Shown piece by piece: positions 20,460 through 29,970 of a stretch of 64,000 bases of DNA. Position numbers and translations under genes: made by a program. The first letter of the stretch is position 1. Each line of letters starts with the position of its first letter. The stretch is from Bacteroidota bacterium. Its GTDB lineage: Bacteria > Bacteroidota > Bacteroidia > Bacteroidales > Rikenellaceae. The DNA lies in assembly GCA_023443765.1 (NCBI GenBank), contig JAEZTA010000002.1:2056-66055 (forward strand). The letters are read 5' to 3'. The notes beneath the pieces were generated by a model. That model made no database searches. It was given only the letters and a program-made list of their open reading frames with translations, and was not told the origin of the DNA.

Positions 20460-21281
20460 ATGAGAATTGGTGTAGACCTGGGCGGCACGAACGTGCGCGT
20501 GGGACTGGTGGACAAGGGACAGATCGTCCGGTTGCTTTCGGAACCCTGCAAGGCCGACCGTCCGGAGGGGGAGGTCGTGGAGCACATTGTGTCGCTCATT
20601 GCGTCGCTCATCACGCCGGAGGTGTCGCGCATCGGTATCGGCGTGCCTTCGGTGGTCGATGCGCAGCGGGGAATCGTCTACAATGTGGTCGGGATTCCGT
20701 CGTGGCGCGAAGTGCACCTCAAGGACCGTCTCGAACGGCGTTTCGGCGTGCCGGTCCATGTGGACAACGACTGCAACTGCTTTGCGCTGGGCGTATGCCG
20801 GTTCGGCGAGGCGAGCGGTTACCGCAACGTCGTGTGCGTGGCGCTCGGAACGGGCGTCGGGGCGGGCGTGGTGATCGACGGACGACTTCATGCCGGGCAC
20901 AACACGGGCGCCGGGGAGATCGGGAGCATTCCTTACCTCGACCGCGATTACGAATACTATTGCAGCAGCCGCTTCTTCGTGGGCCACGGCACGACCGGCA
21001 AGGAGGCCGCCGATCGCGCCCGGGAGGGCGATGCCGAAGCGCTCGCTCTGTGGAACGAGTTCGGGGGCCATATCGGGCGGCTGGTGATGATGATCCTCTA
21101 CGCTTACGATCCCGAAGCGATCGTCTTCGGGGGCAGTATCGCGCAGGCGTTCGATTTTTATAAGGACGCGATGTACGAGACGCTCCGGGAGTTCCCCTAC
21201 GAAAAGACCGTCGAGCGGCTGCACATCTGCTGCTCGAACATTGAAAACGGCGGCCTGCTCGGCGCCTCGGCATGTGAATAA
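20460..21281 (+). CDS. ROK-family sugar kinase
   Basis: MRIGVDLGGT, VDNDCNC, LGTGVGAG, GAGEIG; no HTH; start reset to ATG 20460. Confidence 0.92.
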   Translation: MRIGVDLGGTNVRVGLVDKGQIVRLLSEPCKADRPEGEVVEHIVSLIASLITPEVSRIGIGVPSVVDAQRGIVYNVVGIPSWREVHLKDRLERRFGVPVHVDNDCNCFALGVCRFGEASGYRNVVCVALGTGVGAGVVIDGRLHAGHNTGAGEIGSIPYLDRDYEYYCSSRFFVGHGTTGKEAADRAREGDAEALALWNEFGGHIGRLVMMILYAYDPEAIVFGGSIAQAFDFYKDAMYETLREFPYEKTVERLHICCSNIENGGLLGASACE

Positions 21282-21289
21282 ATAATGGG

Positions 21290-22921
21290 ATGACGATGAA
21301 GAAACTGATTCCGGTTCTTGCCCTGTGCGCGGCCCTGTGCGGTTGCGGCAAACGGATTGCGAGCGACGGCGAAATAGCTGTCATACCCCGTCCCGAATCG
21401 GTCGTGGCCGGGCAGGGGGTGTTCGTGCTGACGGCTTCGACGCCTGTGGTCGTGGTTGCCGATGGAATGGACGATGCGGAGCAGGCGCTCGACGAGGTGC
21501 TGACGCCCGTTTTCGGGTGTGGACTGGCGGCGGAAACTGCCGCGGAGGCCCGTCCGGGCGCGGTGAATATCGCCTGCGATCCCGGGATGGGCGCCGAGGC
21601 CTACCGGCTCTCGGTGACGCCGGAGCGGATTGACATCACGGGCGGAAGCGTGCATGGGGTGTTTTATGCCGTGCAGACGCTTCGTCAGCTGATACCGGTG
21701 GGAGCCTATGGGGCGGAGAATGTGCGTGCGGTCGAAATCCCGGCGGTGGAGATTGCGGACAAGCCCTGTCTGGCTTACCGGGGCGCGATGCTCGATGTGG
21801 CCCGCCATTTCTTTACGGTCGACGAGGTCAAAACGATGATCGACATCCTGGCCCTGCATAAGTTGAACGTTTTCCACTGGCACCTGACGGACGACCAGGG
21901 ATGGCGCATCGAGATCAAAAAATACCCGAAGCTGACCGAGATCGGTTCGGTGCGTAAACGTACGCTGATCGGCAAGGACCCCGGGGGCGAATACGACGCG
22001 TCGTGCCGCTACGACGAAACCCCGCACGGCGGTTACTATACGCAGGACGAGATACGGGACGTGGTGGCGTATGCCGCGGCGCGGTCGGTGACGGTGATTC
22101 CCGAGATCGAATTTCCGGGGCATGCGGTGGCGGCGCTGGCTTCCTATCCGTGGCTGGGCTGCACGGGAGAGCAATACGAGGTGCGCCAGACATGGGACAT
22201 CGACGACCGGGTGTTCTGCATCGGCAGGGAGTCGACGTTCGAATTTATCGAGGAGGTACTCGCCGAGGTCGTCAGCCTGTTCCCTTCGGAGTATATCCAT
22301 ATCGGGGGCGACGAATGCCCGACGGTGATGTGGGAGCAATGTCCGGCGTGCAAGGCCCGGATGAAGGCCGAGGGGCTGAAGCGCCCGCGGCAGTTGCAGA
22401 ACTACGCTACGGCGCGGGTGGAGAAATTCCTCAATGCACACGGGCGAAGGCTGATCGGCTGGGACGAAATCCTCGATGGGGAGGTCACCCCGACGGCGAC
22501 CATCATGTCGTGGCGCGGGACCGAAGGCGGCGTGCGGGCTGCCCGGCAGGGAAACCAGGCGATCATGTCGCCCTCGGAGTATTGCTATTTCGACTACTAT
22601 CAGTCGGAGGACCGCGCGGCCGAACCGCTTGCGTGGGGAGGCTATGTTTCCGTCGAAAAAGCCTATGCCCTCGACCCCTATGCCGGGCTGACGCCCGAAC
22701 AGCGGCGCTGTATCCTGGGGGTGCAGGCAAACCTCTGGACGGAGTACATTCCGACTTTTTCGCAGGCCGAATACATGTTGCTGCCGCGCCTGAGCGCGCT
22801 CGCGGAAACGGGGTGGAGCCTCGACCGGAAAGACTATCCCGATTACCTGCGGCGCGTGCGGCGTTTGTTGCAACTTTACGACGTTTGCGGGTACGATTAC
22901 GCCCGTCATATTTTCAGGTAG
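21290..22921 (+). CDS. GH20 beta-N-acetylhexosaminidase (second paralog, lipoprotein)
   Basis: YRGAMLDVARH, FHWHLTDDQGWR, HIGGDE, GVQANLWTE; lipobox LCGC. Confidence 0.95.
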   Translation: MTMKKLIPVLALCAALCGCGKRIASDGEIAVIPRPESVVAGQGVFVLTASTPVVVVADGMDDAEQALDEVLTPVFGCGLAAETAAEARPGAVNIACDPGMGAEAYRLSVTPERIDITGGSVHGVFYAVQTLRQLIPVGAYGAENVRAVEIPAVEIADKPCLAYRGAMLDVARHFFTVDEVKTMIDILALHKLNVFHWHLTDDQGWRIEIKKYPKLTEIGSVRKRTLIGKDPGGEYDASCRYDETPHGGYYTQDEIRDVVAYAAARSVTVIPEIEFPGHAVAALASYPWLGCTGEQYEVRQTWDIDDRVFCIGRESTFEFIEEVLAEVVSLFPSEYIHIGGDECPTVMWEQCPACKARMKAEGLKRPRQLQNYATARVEKFLNAHGRRLIGWDEILDGEVTPTATIMSWRGTEGGVRAARQGNQAIMSPSEYCYFDYYQSEDRAAEPLAWGGYVSVEKAYALDPYAGLTPEQRRCILGVQANLWTEYIPTFSQAEYMLLPRLSALAETGWSLDRKDYPDYLRRVRRLLQLYDVCGYDYARHIFR

Positions 22922-22994
22922 AAACCGGTTTAAATAACCTTTGATCGCGCAGGGACCCGAAGTTCGTGTGCAGCCCCCGTATTGCTTTCAAATC

Positions 22995-23027
22995 TCGTTT
23001 CCGTGTTAATAATAAGTCGTTTCCGTG
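22995..23027 (+). repeat. Perfect 11-bp direct repeat TCGTTTCCGTG, 22-bp period
   Basis: Copies at 22995-23005 and 23017-23027 upstream of the susC operator. Confidence 0.7.
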
Positions 23028-23059
23028 ACATTTCGGGTGTTCGGGAAGCCCCGCGCGAA

Positions 23060-23127
23060 TTATGCGTGATGTGAGGATTCAAATACGCAAATAACACCCA
23101 TTCAGGACGGTGCGGTGCGTAATTTTG
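23060..23127 (+). promoter_or_regulatory. Putative activator operator (copy 2) plus -7 element of the susC operon
   Basis: ttatgcgtgatgtgaggattcaaatacgcaaataac matches 11900-11935; TAATTTTG at 23120-23127, spacing within 1 bp of copy 1. Confidence 0.8.
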
Positions 23128-23256
23128 AATAACGAAAAACGGGTGGCTCTAAATATATGGTAAAAGCGGATTGTGTTTTTAAAATGTTTTAAAAATAAGG
23201 TTCCTTAAAATGCTGAATTTTTTCCACTCAAAATAATTTCACTTAACCTAAACTCT

Positions 23257-26200
23257 ATGAAAATGAATTTGACTTCTTCGGAGAAGGATCGGGGCATGGC
23301 CCGTTTTCTTCTGATGAGTTTGCTGTGCTGCTTACTCATTTTCCCGGCGTGGGCGCAGGAGCGTGTCTCGGTCTCGGGACGCGTTACGGGGTCCTCCAAA
23401 GAGCCGCTTATCGGCGTCTCGGTCATAGAAAAAGGTACGACCAACGGCGTGACAACCGATGCCGACGGCCGCTACCAGATTTCCGTGAAGGGCACTGCCA
23501 CCCTCGATTTCTCCTACGTAGGCTGTAAACCGCAGAGCCTGGCCGTGATGAACCGGACACAGATCGACGTGGTTATGGAGGACGATGCAATGATGATCGG
23601 CGAGGTCGTGGCCATCGGTTACGGCTCGCAGCGCAAGGAGGACCTTTCGATGGCTGTGACGACGGTCAAACTGGACGATGTGGCCAAGAGCCGCGCCGGT
23701 GACCTGGCTACGCTCCTCCAGGGCCGCATGCCGGGCGTTACGATTCAGCAGTCGGGCGACCCGATGAAAAAGGCTTCGTTCTCGATCCGCGGACGCGGTT
23801 CGAAGGGTAACGACCAGGGTTCGGACCGCGGTAACGACGGCCCGACATCGGGCGACGGCGTACTGTTCGTGGTGGACGGTGTGCCCAACGCACCTTTTAT
23901 GACGGACGACATCGAGACGGTGACGATCCTCAAGGATGCCGCTTCAGCCGCTATCTACGGCGCTTCGGTAGGTTCGAGCGGCGTTGTGCTGATCACGACG
24001 AAAAAGGCCAAGAGCGGCCAGGTTCGCGTGGATGTCAACGTTTCGTACGGCGTTGAGAAGGTTTCGAGCCTTCCCGACCTGCTGAATGCCGAGCAGTTCA
24101 ATACGGTATGGAAGAAAGCCGTTGACAACAACCCGGGCGGCAAGGCGCTTCCTTCGGCGATGAATCCCGAGCTTTTCCCGTTCGGCAACGTGACGCGCAC
24201 GAACTGGCTGGACGAGATTTTCAAGACAGGTTCGAAGCAGCACTATGCAGCCTCGATCTCCGGAGGCAGCGAGAAGGTCCAGTCGGTGCTTTCGCTCTCC
24301 TATGACAAGACCAAGGGCGTGCTGCTCAACACTTACAGCGAGAGCTTCGGCGGTAAGCTGCAGACGGACTTCAAGCTGACCAAATGGCTGAAACTCTCGG
24401 AGCGCGTTTCGTTCAGCGCCTCGAACGGCCAGGGCGACGTGGACACCGGCCACCAGGGTCCGATCATGGGCGCCATGTGGTATCCCACTTTCGCTCCCGT
24501 CTATGAGATGAACGAGGACGGAAGCTATGCACTCGACGAGAAGGGCAACAAGTATTTCGGCGGAACCACGCCCAAATGGGCCGGCGTATCCGGAACCCCC
24601 AACATTTACAACCCGGTGGCTTATCTCGAACGGCTTCACCGCAAGTATCCGGAGAACAAGATTTTCTCGACTACATCGCTGGAAATCAAGCCGATCTCTT
24701 CGCTGACCATCCGGTCCGAATTTACCGCCGACCTGCGTACGAAGGAGGAGGACGAGTTCTATCCCGTCATGAAGGAGGCCGGTCTGATGCGTACGAAGAG
24801 CAACCGCGAGCAGTTCTTCTACCGCGACCGCCACTGGCTGTCGGAGACGACCGTAAGCTGGGCCGAGCTCTTCGGCAAGCACCACATCAGCGCCATGGCC
24901 GGTTTCACCGCCGATTCCAAGAAAACACACCGCCGCAGCATCTTCTCGAAGGACTATCCCGAGGAGAAGGACGACCTGCTGTGGGACGACGCCAACGACT
25001 GGACGATCAAACCCCAGGAGCGCAAGTACGACTACACGATGTATTCCGTCCTGGCCCGTGTGGGTTATTCGTTCGACGACCGTTATTTCCTCGTAGGTAG
25101 CATTCGTCGCGACGCTTCGTCGAAGCTGCCGATCTCGAAACCCTACGACTGGTTCCCTTCGGTTTCCGGTTCGTGGAAACTCTCTTCGGAAAAATTCTTC
25201 CAGAATGCCGGCCTCGACAAGGTGTTCGACCTGGTGAAGTTCCGCGCAGGCTGGGGTAAAGTGGGTAACGTCGAGTTGTATAAGAACAACGCTGCAACGG
25301 CCGAGCTGCTGACCTATGACTGGCCCGGTATCTTCGGTCAGGGTCTCAACCAGACGATCGCCGGAACCTACCTTTCGACGATTCCGAACCTCAATGCCCG
25401 TTGGGAGACGACCGTGCAGACCAGCGCCGGACTCGACATGGAGTTGTTCGACAACTCGCTGTCGGTGAGTGTGGACTATTACCACAAGGTGACGAAGGAC
25501 CTGATCGACGTGATCCCGACCCCCGAGCAGATCGGTGTGCACGACGCTCCCTACGGCAACATGGGTAACGTGCTGAACCGCGGATGGGAATTCTCGGTCA
25601 ATTACAACGGAACGGCCGCCCACGGCAAGCTCAACTACAACGTGTGGGGTATGTTCTCGACCAACAAGGGTTATGTGCGCGAATACGGTATCCGCAAGGG
25701 CGCCGTCCAGCACAAAAATCCCAACCTGAACAGTACGCCGCTGCTCTATTCGGATAAGGGAAGCCCCTGGTACTCGTTCCAGGTATACCGTACGGCCGGC
25801 ATCTTCCGCTCGCAGGACGAGATCGACAAGTACATCTACAAGAACCCCGAGACCGGTGAGGCGAAGCTCCTGATGCCCGATGCAAAGGTCGGCGACCTGA
25901 TCTTCGTGGATACCAACAACGACGGTGTGATCAACGATGCCGACCAGGTGTTGTCCGGCTCGTATACCCCGAAGAACACCTTCTCGTTCGGAGGTTCGCT
26001 CAACTGGAAGGGACTCGATTTCAGCTTCATGTTCCAAGGCGTGACCGGCAACAAGATTTACAACGGTACGAAGCAGCTCTCGATGAACGCCCGCGACGAC
26101 TACGGCAACCTGAGCACTGCCGTGCTCGATACCTGGGATTTCAACCCCGAGCACAGCAAGTATCCCCGCCTGGGCCTTACGCAGGACAGTAACGGCAACT

Positions 26201-26463
26201 ACACGAAGTTCTCTGATATTTTCCTGGAGAAGGGCGACTACCTGCGTCTGAAGAACATCACGCTGGGTTATACGCTTCCCAAGTCCATCGGCCGCGCCAT
26301 CGGCATGCCGAGCACTTCGATCCGTCTGTATGTAAGTATCGACAACGCATTTACGATCACCGGTTATGACGGTATCGACCCCGAGGTGGGCAACTACGGT
26401 ATCGACAGCGGTGTCTACCCGGTATCCCGTTTCTACAACTTCGGTGTAAACATCAACTTCTAA
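23257..26463 (+). CDS. susC: SusC/RagA-family TonB-dependent transporter
   Basis: N-terminal PLIGVSV.EKGTTNG domain; ILKDAASAAIYG, GVVLITTKK, RWETT, GDYLRLKNITLGY; terminal Phe. Confidence 0.96.
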   Translation: MKMNLTSSEKDRGMARFLLMSLLCCLLIFPAWAQERVSVSGRVTGSSKEPLIGVSVIEKGTTNGVTTDADGRYQISVKGTATLDFSYVGCKPQSLAVMNRTQIDVVMEDDAMMIGEVVAIGYGSQRKEDLSMAVTTVKLDDVAKSRAGDLATLLQGRMPGVTIQQSGDPMKKASFSIRGRGSKGNDQGSDRGNDGPTSGDGVLFVVDGVPNAPFMTDDIETVTILKDAASAAIYGASVGSSGVVLITTKKAKSGQVRVDVNVSYGVEKVSSLPDLLNAEQFNTVWKKAVDNNPGGKALPSAMNPELFPFGNVTRTNWLDEIFKTGSKQHYAASISGGSEKVQSVLSLSYDKTKGVLLNTYSESFGGKLQTDFKLTKWLKLSERVSFSASNGQGDVDTGHQGPIMGAMWYPTFAPVYEMNEDGSYALDEKGNKYFGGTTPKWAGVSGTPNIYNPVAYLERLHRKYPENKIFSTTSLEIKPISSLTIRSEFTADLRTKEEDEFYPVMKEAGLMRTKSNREQFFYRDRHWLSETTVSWAELFGKHHISAMAGFTADSKKTHRRSIFSKDYPEEKDDLLWDDANDWTIKPQERKYDYTMYSVLARVGYSFDDRYFLVGSIRRDASSKLPISKPYDWFPSVSGSWKLSSEKFFQNAGLDKVFDLVKFRAGWGKVGNVELYKNNAATAELLTYDWPGIFGQGLNQTIAGTYLSTIPNLNARWETTVQTSAGLDMELFDNSLSVSVDYYHKVTKDLIDVIPTPEQIGVHDAPYGNMGNVLNRGWEFSVNYNGTAAHGKLNYNVWGMFSTNKGYVREYGIRKGAVQHKNPNLNSTPLLYSDKGSPWYSFQVYRTAGIFRSQDEIDKYIYKNPETGEAKLLMPDAKVGDLIFVDTNNDGVINDADQVLSGSYTPKNTFSFGGSLNWKGLDFSFMFQGVTGNKIYNGTKQLSMNARDDYGNLSTAVLDTWDFNPEHSKYPRLGLTQDSNGNYTKFSDIFLEKGDYLRLKNITLGYTLPKSIGRAIGMPSTSIRLYVSIDNAFTITGYDGIDPEVGNYGIDSGVYPVSRFYNFGVNINF

Positions 26464-26484
26464 CCAATGTATAACTACACAGAT

Positions 26485-28122
26485 ATGAAAAGGATATTAT
26501 CAACGATCAGCATATTTGCCTGCGGACTTCTGTTATTGGGATGTACGGATTTTCTCGATGTCAAGAAGTACCACGAGGCGAAAACATGGGAGACGGAGGA
26601 TGACATCACCAAGGCGATTGCAGCCCTCTACTCCTTTACCTCGAATAACTCCGAGGGTGTCACCGGACGCGGTATCGCGTGGTTCGAATGCTGCAGCGAC
26701 AACATGACGGTGGGCCGCCCCCAGGCCGAAGCCGAGCAGATCCGCAACTTCCAGATGAGCCCCAGCAACGGCCGTGACGTGAAAACGACCTGGAAGGAGA
26801 TGTACGAGACCAATGCCAAGGCCAACAACCTGATCAAGGTCGTTCCGACGATGAATCAGCTGAGCCCCGCCTTCAAGACCAAAGCCACGGGTATCGCCTA
26901 TTTCTTCCGCGGACTGGCCATGCTCTGGATCGCTCCTTACTACGGCGACGGAGGCATCAACGGCGGTATTCCGATTATCCTCGACACGACCGAGCCGGCT
27001 GCGATGGACTCGCCGCGTCCCGCTTCGGTGGTGATGAACTACGAACAGATTATCAAGGATATGCGCGAAGCCGGCGAACGCCTGCCGCTCTTATCGGAAC
27101 TGCCCGCTGAACAGTACGGTTATCCGCACAAGGCTGCGGCCTGGGCTTTTGCCGCCCGTGCGGCGCTTTATGCAGCCCAGTACGACGCTTCGTACTACGA
27201 TGTCGTGATCGAGATGTGCGACAAGGTGATGGCCCTCTCGGGCAAGGACAAGCGCGAACTCTTCGACGACGGAACCCCCAACGCCTTTGCGAACCTCTGG
27301 CGCCGGGAGCAGAACTTCGGCAGCGAATATCTTTTCTCGCTGTTGGGAAGCGCGGTCGACGGCCCGAAATACCACGGCATGCTGTTCCAGAACGGCGGTT
27401 GGAAACTCTATAACACGTGGGGCTATTTTCAGCCGACCCTCGGCCTGTGGGAGGCGTTCGAATCGGGCGACATTCGCCGCGATGCTACGATCCTCTATCC
27501 CGGACAGCATGTCAAGTTCGTGGGGCAGGATGTCATTTTCGGCGGCTACGGACTCAAGAACGGCAGCAATTTCAACTACGACATTTCGTCCGACACGGGC
27601 CTGACCTGCCGTAAGTTCCTCTCGCCGTGGGAAGGCGCCGACTGCATCGGCAAAGAGGTGAACAGCAACGGCGACAACGCCAGCAATACGCTCGGAACCT
27701 GCCTGATCCGTTTCGCCGATGTCCTGCTGATGAAGGCCGAAGCCCTGATCTGGAAGCACGGCGAGGGAAATGCTGAGGCCAAGACGCTGCTCAACCGCAT
27801 CCGCAAGCGTGCACGCCTCCCGGAGAACAGCGCCGCGACGAAAGCCGAGTTGAAGAACCAGCGCCGCTGCGAACTCGCCTTCGAGTTCATGCCTTCGCGC
27901 CACGTCGACCTGGTTCGCTGGGGCGATGCGAAGACCGAATATGCCAAACCGACCCGCCGTGCAAATTCGCACTGGGATGCCGCGACGAAGACGGTCGTGA
28001 TCGACGCTCCGTCGAATTACGACAGCGGACGTACGTTCAATCCCGAAATCAACCAGGTGTTCCCGATTCCGGTTACCGCATTCAACGGTTCGGTGAACCT
28101 GGTACAGAACAAGGGCTATTAA
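26485..28122 (+). CDS. susD: SusD/RagB-family lipoprotein (alternative start 26467)
   Basis: Lipobox LLGC; AYFFRG, IRFADVLLMKAEA, RRCELAFE, DLVRWG, PIP, QNKGY. Confidence 0.94.
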   Translation: MKRILSTISIFACGLLLLGCTDFLDVKKYHEAKTWETEDDITKAIAALYSFTSNNSEGVTGRGIAWFECCSDNMTVGRPQAEAEQIRNFQMSPSNGRDVKTTWKEMYETNAKANNLIKVVPTMNQLSPAFKTKATGIAYFFRGLAMLWIAPYYGDGGINGGIPIILDTTEPAAMDSPRPASVVMNYEQIIKDMREAGERLPLLSELPAEQYGYPHKAAAWAFAARAALYAAQYDASYYDVVIEMCDKVMALSGKDKRELFDDGTPNAFANLWRREQNFGSEYLFSLLGSAVDGPKYHGMLFQNGGWKLYNTWGYFQPTLGLWEAFESGDIRRDATILYPGQHVKFVGQDVIFGGYGLKNGSNFNYDISSDTGLTCRKFLSPWEGADCIGKEVNSNGDNASNTLGTCLIRFADVLLMKAEALIWKHGEGNAEAKTLLNRIRKRARLPENSAATKAELKNQRRCELAFEFMPSRHVDLVRWGDAKTEYAKPTRRANSHWDAATKTVVIDAPSNYDSGRTFNPEINQVFPIPVTAFNGSVNLVQNKGY

Positions 28123-28148
28123 TAACCAAATAATACCATAAGCAGCAT

Positions 28149-28976
28149 ATGAAACTGTTAAAAAATATCGTCCGTGTGAGCGCCCTGTGCGGCCTGTTCC
28201 TTTCGGCTGCGACGGCAAGCGCCCAGAAGGTGCAGCTCAAGGTGATGGACTGGAACGTGCTCTCGTTCGAGATGACCGACAAATCCAATCAGATCACCTT
28301 CGACATCGAACAGTATGTCGCCCTGATCAAGGCCCAGGACCCCGATGTCCTCTGCCTGAACGAGCTCGAAAGCGGTACCAGCCGCATGGGTAAGGAGAAG
28401 CTGGTGGAACTGGCTACCCGCCTGAATATGTTCCCCTATTACATCATGTCCTATCCGAAGGACGTGGGCTATTATGGAAACGGCATCCTGTCGAAATATC
28501 CCATCGTCGCTACGGGGTCGAAGCTGATCTCGTACAAGCACTACCTGGGTGAAGGCAACTACCAGTTCAATAACGACAGCTATACGAGAACCTACGGCGC
28601 CGACCAGCGCAGTGTGGGCTATGCCGACATCCTGGTTCCGACATCGGATTCCGAGGGGCAGATCGTGCGTATCGTCTGCTCGCACCTCGACCACCAGATC
28701 AATGCCTCCGGAAAGGTCAAGCAGGCGCAGGAAGTGGCGGATTTTATCGGCCTGAACGAACCGGCTTATCCCACGGTGCTGATGGGTGACATGAACGTAT
28801 CCAACCAATCCAGCATTCCGGCTATCTCCAATGTGGGCGACCTGATTTTCTCGTCATGGGTGGACTTTATTTTCGCCTATCCGAAGGACGCATGGACGAA
28901 GGTCAGCGCGAATTCCGTCAATTGCGGCAAGCTCTCCGACCACGATCCGATCATCGGTGTTATTTCGCTTAAATAA
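28149..28976 (+). CDS. EEP-family phosphoesterase, secreted/periplasmic
   Basis: KVMDWNV, DVLCLNE, GILSKYP, SHLDH, MGDMN, VDFIF, SDHDP. Confidence 0.88.
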   Translation: MKLLKNIVRVSALCGLFLSAATASAQKVQLKVMDWNVLSFEMTDKSNQITFDIEQYVALIKAQDPDVLCLNELESGTSRMGKEKLVELATRLNMFPYYIMSYPKDVGYYGNGILSKYPIVATGSKLISYKHYLGEGNYQFNNDSYTRTYGADQRSVGYADILVPTSDSEGQIVRIVCSHLDHQINASGKVKQAQEVADFIGLNEPAYPTVLMGDMNVSNQSSIPAISNVGDLIFSSWVDFIFAYPKDAWTKVSANSVNCGKLSDHDPIIGVISLK

Positions 28977-29005
28977 CCGTTTGTTGAACTCACAAAGTCG
29001 AAAAA

Positions 29006-29848
29006 ATGAAAAGTGTGAAAAAATATCTTGCAGCCGTCCTCACCCTGGCCCTGGCGGCCCCGGTATTCACCGGATGTACCGAGGATGACTCCTATTCGCT
29101 GAAATCGGTCAGCGCCAGTCCTTCGGACAAGTTCAACGCCAAAATACAGGTGGTGAGCCGTCTGAACGACGCCCCGCTGGTTACGAGCGATGCGGACTAT
29201 ACGGCGATCAACAATTATATGGTCAATACGCTCAAGGGACAAGAGGGGGCGTGGCTCACGATCCTCGACCGGACGGACAACGTGGACCTGACGAAGGTGA
29301 TGACGGTTTCGCTCAATGCTTACCGCTGGACCGCATTCGCGTTCAACCGGCTGAAGAACAGGACGACCTACGAGGGCAGCATGCTCTTCTTCAACCAGCC
29401 TTCGCGGCTGGTGAAGTCGGAGGCCTGCGGCAAGGGTTGTTACATCACGGGCATGTCGCCCAAAATGGAGGGAACCCGCACGGACAAGGATGAAGACGGG
29501 AATGTGACCGGAACGGTCGACGTTTCGTTCAACATCGAGTTCCGTACGGCGCGTTTCGACACCTCGGACCAGATCTCGGCTTTCGGCGGCGAGAACGGTG
29601 TGATGAACACGCTCAAGCGCGAGAAGATGAACATGCTGATGATCGGAACCGTGCGGAACGAGCTGTTCTCCACCCTGCAGTCGACCGTGGAGTCGACCGA
29701 TGCGACCTTCCATGCGCACAACCTGGCGCAGGGTAGCGGTTACACCCTGTTTATGGTTTGCGAGGAGCGTTTCTGGGCTCCTTCGGGCGTTACAAGCGAC
29801 AATCTTGCAAACGGGATTACGGCTTACACCGTAAACCTGATGTGGTAG
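29006..29848 (+). CDS. Hypothetical surface lipoprotein
   Basis: Lipobox FTGC followed by acidic TEDD; host-like codon usage; last gene of the PUL. Confidence 0.75.
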   Translation: MKSVKKYLAAVLTLALAAPVFTGCTEDDSYSLKSVSASPSDKFNAKIQVVSRLNDAPLVTSDADYTAINNYMVNTLKGQEGAWLTILDRTDNVDLTKVMTVSLNAYRWTAFAFNRLKNRTTYEGSMLFFNQPSRLVKSEACGKGCYITGMSPKMEGTRTDKDEDGNVTGTVDVSFNIEFRTARFDTSDQISAFGGENGVMNTLKREKMNMLMIGTVRNELFSTLQSTVESTDATFHAHNLAQGSGYTLFMVCEERFWAPSGVTSDNLANGITAYTVNLMW

Positions 29849-29878
29849 TAGAGTTGGGTTTTTTATTTCAGAGGAGGG

Positions 29879-29911
29879 GAAGACGCGCCGGCAACGGTGC
29901 GTCTTCTTTTT
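29879..29911 (+). terminator. Intrinsic terminator of the susC operon
   Basis: gaagacgcgccg-gcaa-cggtgcgtcttc then T5. Confidence 0.85.
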
Positions 29912-29917
29912 GGGCAT

Positions 29918-29956
29918 AAAGTAAGGGAGGCTTCTCAAGAAGCCTCCCTTACTTTT
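29918..29956. terminator. Bidirectional terminator hairpin downstream of GH36
   Basis: aaagtaagggaggcttct-ca-agaagcctcccttacttt perfect inverted repeat. Confidence 0.85.
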
Positions 29957-29970
29957 GCATTACGGCGGGG

